IMG/VR virus record: IMGVR_UViG_3300047325_000130
Coordinates: 1-64,000 of that record
Source of the DNA: a virus
Reading direction: 5' to 3' (one strand)
DNA length: 64,000 nt
A program made the position numbers and the translations under genes. This document shows positions 20,622-34,500 of the stretch, one piece after another (position 1 is the stretch's first letter; every line of letters begins with the position of its first letter). The notes beneath the pieces were generated by a model. That model had not been told where the DNA came from, searched no databases, and saw nothing but the letters and a program-made list of their open reading frames with translations.

Positions 20622-23600
20622 ATGTTAATGGGATCGGCGTTAATGGGATTTGGCCAAAAAAGTGTTTTAGACAATTTGTCTGTAACGCCGGTCATTGCAT
20701 TTTCAGTTAGAAAAATGACTGTAAATTATACTGGAAAATGTATCAATGTTCGTAGATCAAGTGATAATACAACAATGGATATCGGCTTTATTGGTAGCCA
20801 ATTAGATACCACTACATTATTAAATTTTGTTGGTACTGGTAATGGTTATGTAACAACTTGGTATAATCAAGGTACATATGGGTCATCATGCAATGTCACA
20901 CAAAATAATACATCAAATCAGCCGCAAATTGTATCATCTGGCGTAGTGTTAACTTGTTATGGTGTACCTGCATTACAATTTTTAGCTACAAACAATTGTG
21001 CATTATCTAATAGTGCAGGTTATGCTATGTATAATGCAGGTGCATTTACCTTAAATCTTGTACAAAATACTATTTCAGTACCTACTTCTACATACCCTGC
21101 ATTTGTTACTAATAATTATAACGGCTTCGGCGGCCTGGGTATAGGGCCAGCTCCGGTATCACCATATACATTAGAAATTTGGGAAAATGCACAAGGTAAT
21201 TCTGGGTTTTCATCGGTGTCTAACCTTCAACTAAATGCATCTAGTATTATTAGTATCACATCTGCATTGGGTTTATCGGGTGGATCTCTTACAGCAACAG
21301 CCTACCAAAACAGTGTTAGTGCTGGATCGACAACACTAAATTCTATCGGCAGTCAGGGGCCGGGTTTTGTAATTGGTACGTTTGGCGGCAGCAGCCTGAA
21401 CCCAATCAATGGTTATTTACAAGAAATAACAGTTTTTACTTCAGTTTTATCAACGCAAGATCGCCTGACGTTAGAAGGTAGTCAAACAAATTTTTATCTT
21501 AATAAATTAGTTCTCGATCAATTAACCTCAGGTTTACCAACAGTTGCATATAGTTTAAGACAATTAACAAGTACGTACTCTGGCCCAGCAATTACAGTAA
21601 TAAGATCAAGTGATAATACTACTTCAAATATAAGTTTTTCAAATGGCACACTTAATACCTCTGCACTTCTTAGCTTTGTTGGTAATGCAAATGCATATGT
21701 AACAACTTGGTATAATCAAGGAAGCTTAGGTGGTTCAGCTAATCTTATTCAAACAGTAACTTCTGCCCAGCCTCAAATTGTTATTAACGGATCTATTGTA
21801 ACATTTGGCGGTGAGCCGTCATTATTATTTTCCGGTGCACAAGATTTATATTCTACAGGAACTCCTCAGGTAGTAGCTACAACCGGTGTCTGGACTGTTA
21901 ATGCTGTAACCGGTACTACCAGTTCAACTTCGGTACCTATTATTGCAGCCGATCCTTCTGGTGCAGCTGGCAGTCGTATTTTTTCACTTCGTCTTAGTAC
22001 TGGGGGTCTTTACGCCTTGGCGTTTAATTCTGCAGGAAATTTATTTTCTACAGGATCAACTCTTAGTACTCCGCAGACTGTGGTTACTGCAATACAAAAT
22101 AACACAACACTTGCATCATTTACAAATGGGCGAACTGATGCAACTTCTACAACTGGGACAATGTATGGCGGCGCCGTAACACTTCGAATTGGGTTAGACG
22201 GTGCAGCATCACTTTACTATACTGGGTATATTTCTGAAACAACGGTTTTTGCATCTGCACTTTCTACAGCAGATCGTACAACATTAGAAAACAGTCAGAT
22301 AAATTTCTATCCTCAACTAGTTCTTGATCAATTAGCCTCAGGTCTTCCGCCAGTAGCATATAGTTTACGCCTATTAACAAATACATATGCCGGCCCAGCA
22401 ATTAATGTTGTTCGATCAAGTGATAATACTACTTCAAATATAAGTTTTTCAAATGGCACACTTAATACCTCTGCACTTCTTAGCTTTGTTGGTAATGCAA
22501 ATGCATATGTAACAACTTGGTATAATCAAGGAACTTTGGGTGCAGCAGGAAATGCAGTACAAGCAACTATAGCAAATCAGCCACAAATTGTCATTAATGG
22601 TGTAGTCAAAACCTGGAATGGATTTCCTGCTGTATACTTTGGAGGTTCAAACGTTTTAACATCTATATCAGGAAATGTCCAAGTTGTAAATCCAACTACA
22701 GGAACGATAACTGTTGGTGTAGTAGCAAACACAATAAGTACCGCGCAGCAGGATATATTTGTACAAGATAACGGTACTCGAGTTTTTACAATGAGAACGC
22801 AAGGTTCTAATACCAACACTCCTTACTTTCAAATTTTTAATACAGGTGCTACCGGAACAACCGCTGGCTCGTCAACCTATCCTTATAATATATATGGTGG
22901 TACATTTGATGGAACAAACGTTAAAGTATTTGGTAACGGAATTAATACCGGTATTACTACTTTTTCTGGAAATTTAGAAACTGGTACGCAACACGTATCA
23001 ATTGGTGCGACTCCTAGTAATACCTTATCTTTTATTGGATCGATATCTGAAGCAACTGCGTTCCCGGCTGCATTGTCAACTTCTGACCTTACTACATTAT
23101 TTGGAAATCAACAATCGTATTATCTAACAAATATACTCGATGCATTGAGTGTCGGAGTTCCGGTAATAGCATATAGCTTAAGACAGCTTACTAAGACGTA
23201 TACTGGTCCTGCTATCACTGTTCAACGATCATCAGATAATGCAACATTAAATATTGGTTTTGTTAACGGCCAGTTAGATACAACTACCTTATTAGCATTT
23301 GTTGGCACAGGTACCGGATATGTAACTACGTGGTATAATCAGGGTACATTAGGAAGCATAGCTAATGTTGTAAATACAACGACTGCTAGCCAGCCGCAAA
23401 TCGCGGTAAGTGGTTCTATTAACTCAACTGGAGGTAGACCTTCTTTACTATTCAGCACTTCGTCTGCAACAATTCTCTATACTGTTTCTACCGCAGTGCA
23501 GGTTACTACAACGGGAGCATGGTCAGGTAATATGGTTACGTATTCAAACCTTTCTGGTGCCAATGGCTACAACACACCGCTGTCTGTCAATTTATTAAAC

Positions 23601-23987
23601 GGATCTGTATCAGCTGAATTTTATTTTAGACAATTAGTATCAGGTGGTGCAGGCCGTATTGCTGCTTTTAATTCTAGCGGTAATACCGGAACAATAGCAT
23701 CTAGCAGTAGTGCTCTCCCAACTACGCAAATGATCTGGTCAGCAACACAAAACAATACAACGTTGGCTTCGTTCGTAAACGGATCATCTTACGCTAGCAC
23801 AGGAGTAACCGCTCCATTATCTACCGTACCAACGTCAATTCTTCTTGGTAATGGCGGTGCAGGAATAGGTTATAACTATAACGGTACAATAAGCGAAGTT
23901 ATCTTGTGTGGTACAGCATTATCAACAACAGATCGACAAATACTCGAACATAACCAGGAATATTATTTCTCAATTACTGGGGTATAA
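20622..23987 (+). CDS. Adhesin made of four tandem arabinofuranosidase-B-like / ConA-LamG lectin domains
   Basis: Four ~270-aa repeats, each starting A(F/Y)S(V/L)R..YxGxxIxVxRSSDN...YVTTWYNQG. Confidence 0.75.
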   Translation: MLMGSALMGFGQKSVLDNLSVTPVIAFSVRKMTVNYTGKCINVRRSSDNTTMDIGFIGSQLDTTTLLNFVGTGNGYVTTWYNQGTYGSSCNVTQNNTSNQPQIVSSGVVLTCYGVPALQFLATNNCALSNSAGYAMYNAGAFTLNLVQNTISVPTSTYPAFVTNNYNGFGGLGIGPAPVSPYTLEIWENAQGNSGFSSVSNLQLNASSIISITSALGLSGGSLTATAYQNSVSAGSTTLNSIGSQGPGFVIGTFGGSSLNPINGYLQEITVFTSVLSTQDRLTLEGSQTNFYLNKLVLDQLTSGLPTVAYSLRQLTSTYSGPAITVIRSSDNTTSNISFSNGTLNTSALLSFVGNANAYVTTWYNQGSLGGSANLIQTVTSAQPQIVINGSIVTFGGEPSLLFSGAQDLYSTGTPQVVATTGVWTVNAVTGTTSSTSVPIIAADPSGAAGSRIFSLRLSTGGLYALAFNSAGNLFSTGSTLSTPQTVVTAIQNNTTLASFTNGRTDATSTTGTMYGGAVTLRIGLDGAASLYYTGYISETTVFASALSTADRTTLENSQINFYPQLVLDQLASGLPPVAYSLRLLTNTYAGPAINVVRSSDNTTSNISFSNGTLNTSALLSFVGNANAYVTTWYNQGTLGAAGNAVQATIANQPQIVINGVVKTWNGFPAVYFGGSNVLTSISGNVQVVNPTTGTITVGVVANTISTAQQDIFVQDNGTRVFTMRTQGSNTNTPYFQIFNTGATGTTAGSSTYPYNIYGGTFDGTNVKVFGNGINTGITTFSGNLETGTQHVSIGATPSNTLSFIGSISEATAFPAALSTSDLTTLFGNQQSYYLTNILDALSVGVPVIAYSLRQLTKTYTGPAITVQRSSDNATLNIGFVNGQLDTTTLLAFVGTGTGYVTTWYNQGTLGSIANVVNTTTASQPQIAVSGSINSTGGRPSLLFSTSSATILYTVSTAVQVTTTGAWSGNMVTYSNLSGANGYNTPLSVNLLNGSVSAEFYFRQLVSGGAGRIAAFNSSGNTGTIASSSSALPTTQMIWSATQNNTTLASFVNGSSYASTGVTAPLSTVPTSILLGNGGAGIGYNYNGTISEVILCGTALSTTDRQILEHNQEYYFSITGV

Positions 23988-24025
23988 TTCTATATAAATA
24001 AACAACAATATAATAGGAAGTTTTC

Positions 24026-25480
24026 ATGCCATTTCAAATTGCCAGCGGTAACAATACTGCTAATATAGCTAACGTAGATTCTAACAGCAATTTATTTGTT
24101 AACTTGCCAACGGTTGCAACTCAAGCTGGGTATGTTAAGGCTAATCACGAAGTAGATTCTGGTGCTGTTACTGGTATATCGTTGGTTCGTTCGCCAAAGG
24201 TAACAGTTGGTAGAAATATGCAAGTTGTATCAGAGTCACCTATATTATATGAGTTTTTTAATTATACTGCTGGCCAAAATACCGCAGATTTTAAATACTT
24301 AACAACCACACTTACTGTTGCATTTACGGTAACTGGTGCGCAGTTCAACAGTGGTGCAGTAACTTCTGCAGGCGAAGCACTTTTGCAAAGTTATAGATCT
24401 ATACCTATGTATAGTGATGGTGGCATAACAGCTACATTTAACGCATCTTTATCAATAGCTCCGGTTGCAAACTTTCAGGCAGAATTTGGGTTCTTTTCTC
24501 AAAGCGGTTCAGCCCCATATACTCCAAATGATGGTGCATATTTTCGTTATACTCCAGCTGGTTTAATCGGCGTTGCTAACTTCAACGGTACAGAATCAAC
24601 AACCGGTACATTGATTCCTGCAAGCTCATCTACATTAACTCAGGCTACTACATATCAGATAATTGTATTTCCGACCAAGGTTGAATTTTGGCAGATTGGT
24701 ACATCGGGGTCAATTGCTGCTGTATTATTAGGATCATTGTTCAACGCAACATCGATGCCATTTACATCTGGTGCATTGCCTGTAAGTATCCGACAATTAA
24801 ATACTGCAACCACCTCATCTGCAATACAGTTAAAGGTGGCTTGGTTAGAAGCATCATTTAATGATTTTGAAGCTAACAAGCCCTGGGCTCATGCATTAGC
24901 AGGTGATGGTGCAATGATCTATCAAGGTCAGAACGGCGGATCAATGGGCACAACTGCATTATTTGCAAACTCAAGTAATCCAACCGCAGCCGTGCCGTCA
25001 AATACAACCGCAGCATTAGGTTCTGGTTTGGGTGGCAATTTCTGGTCAACTGCTACAATTGCTGTTAATACAGATGGTATTATTTCAAGTTATCAGAATC
25101 CTCTTGGTTCAACAACTCAGCAACCGAGAGGTATGTATATAACCGCAATAAGAATAGATAGTGCAATTCAAACAACATTAACTGGCGGCCCATTTATTCT
25201 ACAATGGAGTTTAGCATTTGGCCACACCTCAGTTTCTTTGGCAACTGCTGAAGGTGCAGCATCTAAAGCACCCAGACGTATTGCGTTGGGAATACAAACA
25301 TTTTCAACATCACCCGGTCTTACTGCCGGTAATATAGCAGCACCATTATCCAGCACCTTTACTACGCCAATTTATATAAATCCGGGCGAGTTTATTCAAA
25401 CGGTTTATAAGAACATCGGTACTGTTGGTACCGCCGGAACAATTGCGCATTCAATTACATTTGACGGATATTGGGAGTGA
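24026..25480 (+). CDS. Virion structural / lectin-like protein
   Basis: TATAAATA promoter at 23993-24000; DGAYFRY..G ConA-like core; T/S/G-rich. Confidence 0.65.
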   Translation: MPFQIASGNNTANIANVDSNSNLFVNLPTVATQAGYVKANHEVDSGAVTGISLVRSPKVTVGRNMQVVSESPILYEFFNYTAGQNTADFKYLTTTLTVAFTVTGAQFNSGAVTSAGEALLQSYRSIPMYSDGGITATFNASLSIAPVANFQAEFGFFSQSGSAPYTPNDGAYFRYTPAGLIGVANFNGTESTTGTLIPASSSTLTQATTYQIIVFPTKVEFWQIGTSGSIAAVLLGSLFNATSMPFTSGALPVSIRQLNTATTSSAIQLKVAWLEASFNDFEANKPWAHALAGDGAMIYQGQNGGSMGTTALFANSSNPTAAVPSNTTAALGSGLGGNFWSTATIAVNTDGIISSYQNPLGSTTQQPRGMYITAIRIDSAIQTTLTGGPFILQWSLAFGHTSVSLATAEGAASKAPRRIALGIQTFSTSPGLTAGNIAAPLSSTFTTPIYINPGEFIQTVYKNIGTVGTAGTIAHSITFDGYWE

Positions 25481-25532
25481 TACCATATTTTGATTCCAAC
25501 TAAATAAAACAAGTAAGAATTAAAAGGCTTTT

Positions 25533-28500
25533 ATGGTAAAAATTATTTCTGATGATCCATCGTCGGTATTACAAGTTGAAGGTGCAGTTGAATTAGGTGC
25601 TGCGGCATCAGAAGGTATTCTATTTCCTGATGGTACACGACAAATAACAGCAGCTACCGGTTCCGGTGGCGGTGGTGGTGGCAAAAGCGGTACTGGTCCT
25701 ACTGGTCCAAGAGGTGCACCTGGTCCTACTGGTCCTGCCGGAGGTGGTGGTGGTGGCGGAAGTGGTACTGGTCCTACAGGCCCTACTGGTCCGGGAGGAT
25801 CATTGGGCAATGGCGAAGCTGTTTTAATTCAAACAAGCCCCATATTTAATGATAATAACAATGGTGCAATGAACATTGTTCTTACTCAAACACCAGTTGC
25901 AAACAACATAATTCTTGCTGTAGGTGTTTGTGCGGCTGGCGGGTATATAGATGCACCTACTACATTTACCCAAGTGTCACTCGCGGTTCAACCAAATGGC
26001 TTACAAGTATATGTATGGAAAAGACGTGTAGAAATTGGTGATACTACTAATATTGTAACCTTCGCAGCAAGTCATCAATCACAAGCACAAGCATTTGAAT
26101 ATTCGGGTGTAGGCAACTTTCAAGTTAGTATCGCATCAGGTGTTGATACCATCTCACAAGGAAATGTCGGAGTTGTTTTGCCCGGCTATATTGCTAACGT
26201 AAATCTACCAACAAGACTTGTAAGTATATTTGGACCAAATCTTGATAATGCACAACCACAATTATCAACCGGTTTGGAAGTTTTTACCAAACTTTATCTT
26301 ACACAACTATCCGGATTGTTTTCTATTGCACAAATTGAAAATTTAGATACCATTCCAGCTACTGTATCTTTCAATGGTGTAACATCTGGTGGTAATCTTA
26401 TTAATTCCGCTTACCTATGGAAGATGATAATTGATATCGAACCATATGGTACTTCTCTTACAAGTTTAGGCGATGTTGTTCTCCCCCCTAACCCGGCACC
26501 AGGAAACGTATTAGCATTTGGATCAGATCTCAATTGGCATAGTAAATCTTTATCACTAGAAGATGCTAACGATGTCGTAATAAATGATCTTTCAAATGGT
26601 CAAATACTTGCATGGGATGCATCTACAGGTGTGTGGCATAACGTGCCCCCGGTTGGTGCAACTGGTGCACAAGGTGTTACTGGACCAACAGGCGCACAAG
26701 GTACTGCCGGTCCAATGGGTACCCCGGGATCTGCAACTAATACTGGCGCGACCGGGCCGCAAGGTGTTCAAGGTATAGTAGGACCTACGGGACCTACCGG
26801 TGTAGCAGGTACAGCAGTTAATACAGGTGCAACTGGTCCAACTGGATATACTGGTCCTCAAGGTGTTACAGGTCCTCAAGGTGATGACGGACAACCAGGT
26901 ACCGCAGCAAATACAGGTGCAACAGGACCTACCGGACCACAAGGATTTAGCATAACTGGTCCTACAGGTACACCGGGTACGGCTGTTAATACAGGTTCTA
27001 CAGGTGCTATCGGACCTCAAGGGCCAACCGGTAATACTGGACCAACTGGTGCTGCCGGCGCCGCCGCTAACACAGGTTCTACTGGGCCAACCGGACCACA
27101 AGGAAATACTATAATTGGTCCAACTGGTGCACCCGGAACACCCGGTACAGCAGTTAATACAGGCGCAACTGGTCCAACTGGTGCTCCCGGTCAAAATGGA
27201 TCAACTGGACCACAAGGTATACCTGGTACGGCAACTAATACTGGTGCTCAAGGGCCTACTGGTCCTGCAGGCCAAAATGGTATAAATGGTCAGAATGGCG
27301 CTCAAGGGCCTACTGGGTTGCCTGGAACAGCAACTAATACTGGTGCTACAGGAGCAACCGGTCCGCAAGGATTAATTGGGCCAACCGGAGCTACAGGTAT
27401 TCCCGGTACGGCTGTTAATACAGGTGCTACTGGACCAACCGGACCGCTTGGCATACAAGGTAACACAGGACCTGCATCTACAGTAACTGGGCCAACTGGT
27501 ATTCAAGGTGCAACAGGACCTACAGGTACCCAAGGTATACCGGGATATGCAACTAATACCGGTGCGACTGGCCCTACAGGTCTGCAAGGCATTCAGGGAA
27601 ATACTGGACCAACTGGTATTCCCGGTATTGCAACTAATACTGGCGCAACTGGTCCAATAGGCAATACAGGTCCTACTGGTTATACTGGGCCTCTTGGGCC
27701 AACAGGCTTTATCGGAGAAACTGGTGATCGCGGACCAACTGGGTATACCGGTCCAACAGGTGTGCCGGGATCTGCAACTAATACTGGTGCTACCGGTCCT
27801 GTTGGTTCACAAGGTCCTACCGGTTATACCGGTGCCACTGGTGCAGGAGCTACCGGGCCGCAAGGAAATACTGGTCCGACTGGCGTTACAGGACCTCAAG
27901 GTATTGTTGGTGGTATAGGGCAAACCGGTGCAACTGGACCTCAAGGCGCAACTGGTGCAACGGGTTCAGCAGGAACAAATGGTGTTACTGGGCCAACTGG
28001 TGTAGCTGGTACGGCTGTTAATACAGGCGCTACTGGACCAATTGGACGTACCGGTGCTACCGGTGCTGCATCAATAGTAACAGGGCCAACAGGTGTTACA
28101 GGAGCTACTGGACCACAGGGCATTCAAGGTCCTGTTGGTATAGGTATTACTGGTGCGCAAGGATCTCAAGGTGCAACTGGTCCAACTGGTTATAATGGAT
28201 CAGATGGAGCCACAGGTCCTACAGGTGTCCCAGGATCTGCAACTAATACTGGTGCTACCGGGGCAACAGGTGCTACTGGCGCAGCAGGAACAAATGGATA
28301 TACTGGTCCAACTGGTGCGCAAGGTACTCCGGGATCTGCAACTAATACTGGGGCTACTGGCCCTACTGGAACGGCAGGTCAAACTGGAGCCACAGGTCCT
28401 ACAGGTGTCGGGGCTACTGGCGTAACGGGCCCGGCGGGATCACAAGGTACTGCTGGTGTAACAGGTGCAACTGGTCCAACGGGTGTTGCTGGTATTGCAA

Positions 28501-31500
28501 CTAATACCGGTGCAACTGGACCTCAAGGCGCAACTGGTGCAACGGGTTCAGCAGGAACAAATGGTGTTACTGGGCCAACTGGTGTAGCTGGTACGGCTGT
28601 TAATACAGGCGCTACTGGACCTCAAGGCGACATCGGACCTACTGGTACTCAAGGTCCAACTGGGGTCACCGGAGCAGCGTCGACAATAACTGGTCCAACT
28701 GGGGTCACCGGTCCGACAGGTAATGATGGATCTGCAACTAATACAGGTGCGACAGGTCCGCAAGGCGATATCGGGCCAACCGGAGTTACAGGTCCAACTG
28801 GTTCAGCAGGTACCGCAGCAAATACCGGTGCAACTGGGCCAACTGGTGTTACAGGTCCTACGGGAATCGGTGCTACAGGAGCAACTGGCGCACAAAGTAC
28901 AGTTACTGGTCCTACTGGTTATACAGGACCATCTGGGGTACAAGGTCCTACAGGACAAGCCGGAACATTGGGTGTCACGGGTCCTACTGGGTTGCCTGGT
29001 CAAAATGGTATCTTATTAAGTAATGTTCAAATACAAACATTAACAGGTGACGGATCAACTACTACATTTACAATGCCATTCACTCCAGCAAGTGCTAACA
29101 ATCTGTTAGTTGATATTGACGGCCTTGCACAAACTGCAAATGTTGCATTTACTACAAATGCTAATTCGATCACCTTTGCTTCTGCCCCGGCATTAAATTC
29201 AAACATTGCAATAACAAATCTAGTATTAGGCGATGCTGAATCTAATTTTATCGAAGTTCAAGCAAATAACGTTGTTCTTACAAATAACTTATCGGTATTA
29301 AATTTTAGGGATGGTTTCTCAGTAACCAATACAAATGGCGATATAATAATTGATTCATTGGGATCAGGTGGTATATTATATGAACCTGGTATTCCTCTTA
29401 TTAATGCAACATTAGGTACAATTTATAGTAGAACCGATGCTACACCTGGTGCGAGAGTATTTGTTGCTCAATCCGGCGGAACTGCTCCTTTATCTACACT
29501 ACAACAAACAGATGGAGCAGTTCATCTTTACTTGTTAAATGATTCAACTTCTACTGCGGTTGATATAGGAAGTAGTCCTGCTAACGGTACATATGTTAAC
29601 AATTACATACAACATTATCCATCTGTTGTAAAAGATGAAGATTATTGTACATATATGAATAATGGATATGTTGTATTACCATTCTCTAATCCTCCAGTTA
29701 ATGCAACTACCGGTGCATTCACATTTGAATTTGTTTTTAATGCAAATGTATTAGCAAATTCATTTATACTTAACAGTTCTCACACTGACACAACTGGAAC
29801 TGGGTTTAGACTGTATACGAGTGGTTCTTATATAGGTTTCAATCCTGTATTTACAGGCGCGCCGGGCTTCCAGCAACTTGGTGCAAATTATAACGTTAAT
29901 ACTACCTACCATCTGGCAATAACATATGACGGATCTTATTGCAAATTTTATCTAAATGGTATTATGATGCAAGAGGTTCCAATTACTGGTACATTAACCG
30001 GCGGCACCTCTGATATTGGGTTTGGTACTGGTGATACTGTCGGTGTTGGCAATTATCCATTTTATGCGTATGTTCAAAATTTAGCATTTTATAATGTTGC
30101 TTTAACAGCAACACAAGTTAGTAATCACGCGGAATCAGTGACTGAGGCTGGTACACAATGGCAGCCAGTATCATCAATTGATTTACAAATTAATGGTTCT
30201 GATCAAGGTCAAGTAACTGCAATTAATTTCATCGGTACATCTAATATATCAGTATTAGACGGTATTGCTAATGTATCTATAGGAAGCGGTGGTGCCGGTG
30301 CTGCTAATATAACTGTTTCGTCTAACGGAAATGTTCTCACGAATTCAGTTAAAACATTGGATTTCATAAATGGTTTTGATGTTACGACAGACGGCTCAGG
30401 CAATGTTTTTATAAACGCAACGTCGGTTGGAAATTATCAATCACCTGTTACATTAGATGTAAGTGCAAATAGTGGGCAGACTATAGGAAACGGTTTTACA
30501 ACGGTAGGTTTACCAAACGTTAATACTGATACTAATAATGGTTGGAACACTTCTACAAATCTATATACAATTCCGATAACTGGTACATATTTAATTATAT
30601 CTAAATTACGTTTTACAGATGGTGTAACAAGCGGTGTCAGTTATGGTCAAGGTGTAAACAATAATAACAATATAGATGGTTCTTGGTTTCAATGGTTTGA
30701 AACCAATCCGGAAAGAAACGGCAGTCTTAATGTAAGAGTTCTTTATTGCACTGCTGGCGAACAAATTAATATGTATGCATATTCAAATGATTCATTTGAA
30801 ATTTCAGCTGCTGAATTAAACATATTATTAATAGCTTCGTCAGCCGGACTATCAAACATAACAATTGAATCAAATAATAATGTTATTGGATACGCAAATA
30901 CATTTAATTTTGGAAGTGGGTTCAATGTAACAGTTTCAAATAATATTGTAAACGTTAATAGCATCGGCGGCAGTAGCATCGGCTGCGCCGGCGGTGGTAT
31001 TCTAGCAAGCAATAACTTTATCGTTAAACAGCCCAAGGTCGTACAGACCGCGAGCGCCCGTATACTTTCAAATACCCCTACTTGTACTTTTCCAGCAGCT
31101 ACCACTCCGGGTAACATGGTTGTTTGCTTGATTATGTGTGCTAGTGATACCGCTGTATGGAGTCCATATGGCTTTACGGTAGACTATTCAGGAATAGCTG
31201 CTGGTGCTAGTAGTGGCGGCTACTATACGGGTCTGCCGACCTACGCCCAAAATATGTATTTAGGTCACTCCTTTGTTACCAGTACAAATACTCTAATGAG
31301 TGTATCTTCAAATGGTGGGTTTAGTGACTGCGGTTTGATGATTATTGCAGAAGTTGAAAACGCCGTTGGGTTGGATTTCGATGTATTTGCATTTTCATCT
31401 ACTTCTGCTAACACGGCTAGTATAACGGCCGTTGCTAATTCCTATCAGGGCATCGGTGGCGATATTATCATTGGGGCAGAATGGGATACTGCTGTTGCTG

Positions 31501-34500
31501 GAGCTATTTCCACTACAGCTACCAATGCGGTTAATACTATCTACGACGTACCTTCAGGGTCATCCGGAAATCACTTTGGTGTGAGTGCGTATACTACGTT
31601 GCAAGCCGCACAATCTATTCCCATTACTGTAACCACGAACAGTAACGTAGAAGCGCCGTATATGGTAGTGGTAAAGCCTATTCCTGGTTATGGTACTTTA
31701 TCAATAACCCCTACCGGTTTATATAACAGACCTTCTTTGTCTAGTTTTACTTGGTTAAATCAAGGAACGGCTACCGCTGTTGATCATAGCGGAGGTCCGC
31801 TATCTATTCTTGCCCCCTCCGTAGCAGGTCCAAGCTCCAACTACCGCCTATTAATACAACCTATACCCGGCACAATTTTTAGCTTGATTGCAGAAATTGG
31901 GAGTGAGTCTCCCAATATAAGCTATAACGTTAATGGTATTTATATTTATGACTCTAATTCAGGTAAACTCGCGGGCTTAGAATATATTAGAAATGCTGGC
32001 GAGTTTACTATAGAGTATTTAAATAGTGCTACAAGTTATAACTCAGCACCAGCTTCTTTGCTATACAGCAACCAGGAATCATTTTGGTACAAAATTAACT
32101 GTGATGGTACCAATTTGACTTATTGGGTTAGTTCTGATGGTTGGGATTGGTTATTGCTGTATACTTCTTCTATGACAGCTTTTCTACCCGCTATTACGCA
32201 CGTTGGTTTTGGTGGTGATCCTTTTGCTAGCTCTAGTACCTTTGCGCAAGCAAACTATAAACTAAAAAATTGGTCGTTAGCTGCTACGGCAGATCAACCT
32301 AATTATACCCCACCTGTTCCTGGAATTGGCAGCCCGACGAAACTAAATATTCTTCAAAGCCTTGACTTTACTACGGCTACTAGCAATCGCGTACAGGATA
32401 GCGTTCAAAATAACAACGCCTTCATTGTGAACTGGAGTAATAGTGCGCAAACCAGTCTAGGTTACACCACTGATGGTTCAAGTATGTATATTGACCCTGG
32501 TCCGGTCGTAATGGGGCGTTATTTCTTTACAGTAGCTATTCGGTTTAAGACAACTAGCACGACTACCGGTTCCTCCTATTACCAGGATCCCTCGCTTTAT
32601 AACCTCGCCTTGAATGGCTCGGGCTATGATGGTGGGATTACAATTCATAATGGTTATATTGCACACTGGGCTTCACCGGGGGGTGCAGAAGTTAACACTG
32701 ATTTTAGTGCTGTATCTAATATTCTCGTAAATGACGGTAATTTTCATACGGTGGTTTGGATTTGGGATGGCACCAACATCCGGTTGTACATAGATGGAGT
32801 TAATGCAGGGGTTGATTATACTGGAGGTATTACTCTTTGTTATGGCAATCGTCCTGGCTCTGAAGTCGGTTGCAATCCGTGGATGGGCCGTGTTAATCAA
32901 AACGATTTTTCTACTGCAACTGCTGGCGGATTAGCGGCTACTTTTGCTCAGTTAAGAATTTATGATCATGCTTTAAGCCCGGCTGATATCACTAAACTTA
33001 ATCTAACGGTGCCTGCCAATCAACAAAGCTATCTTCCTTCGGCTAATAATGGTAGTGCTGGGATTATTTATGAAGGTACTTCTTATACCACTATTGCAGC
33101 AGGAAATAATGTTACGATTACCCCAAGTGGTGGTACTCTGACGATTAGTTCTACCGGAAGCGGTGGCGGCGGCGGTGGCGGTGGTGGCGGATCAGGTGGT
33201 ATTAGTACTTACTCTGCAGGCTCAAGTGTATCTAAAAGTATTACGGCTGCTACTTCATGGAATCCCGTACCCGATTTAGCTATTACAATTCAGGGTACAG
33301 GAGTTATTCAAAACTTTTTACTGTCATATTCTATTGAGCATAATGGTTCACACGCTAATTTCTTTGGCGTAAGTTTAGATGGTACTGTGGTATACCCACA
33401 AGAATTTGCAAGTAGCGAATATACATTTGTTTCAAATCTTACTTCTGACAGCATGTATGCTTTTGCTCGTAATTCGTTGCCTATTCAAATTCCTGCAGAT
33501 AACGCATCGCATACCGTTAAAATTATAACACAGGTTGCAGATACTGTTTCAAACTACACAATTTTTGAACATTTTATGTCGATGATCTCCTTATTACCAT
33601 CGACAGGAAGTACTTCAGGTACCCCTGTTGTATTTGGAGTTTATCAATCCACAGGTCAAAATATTCCTGCCCAAACCTTTACCAAAGTACTATTGGATAC
33701 AAAGGAATTTGACAACACTAGCTCTTTTAATCTAGCTAATTCAAGATTTCAGCCTAATGTAGCAGGCTATTACCAAATAAATGGTGCGGTAAATTACCCT
33801 TCCTCTGATTCAAATACTCTAGCTACTATCTATAAAAATGGCTCTGAATTTAAGCGAGGTAGCCAAGCTAATGGAACTTATGGTCAGATTGTATCTGCTT
33901 TAGTTTATCTAAATGGCTCAACTGACTACTTGGAACTTTGGACCTACAATGGCAGTGGTGATATTGCACAACCAACGGCCGAACAAACCTATTTTAATGG
34001 GGCATTGCAGGTATCTGGCTCCTCCATTACGTATGGTAATAGTTCAGTAACTTCTATCGTAGCGGGCAACAATACAGAACTATCTTTAACTAATGGTGCT
34101 TTAACAATTAACAGCACCGGATCCGAATCGTTGTTGATTACAAACGGAACAACAAATATTGTTAATCCTGTTACATTAGAATTTACTGGTGCATCTATAC
34201 TTACAGAAGGCATGTTTCCGAGCACTGTAGCTCCGTCATATGTTCAATCAAATACAGGCGGCGGTGATAGCATATCCTCAGGATCAGCTGTAACCATTGG
34301 CAATATTATTGTTGTATCATTTTTAAGTTTAGGTAATATTACTGGTGTAACGGTATCAGATAATCTTGGCAGCGTTTATACATCAGTCGCACAAATTTCA
34401 GAGCAGTCTAATAATTTTAATGTATTTGTCGGAAAAGTTGCTGCATCTGGCATTATAACAATCAGTGTAGCAGGCGGTCCAAATAATTACGATAGAATAG

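Noticed and set aside
26584-29019. Many overlapping and antisense ORFs in the collagen and fibre genes
   Set aside because: These are shadows of Gly/Thr/Pro codon periodicity, with no RBS or promoter support.
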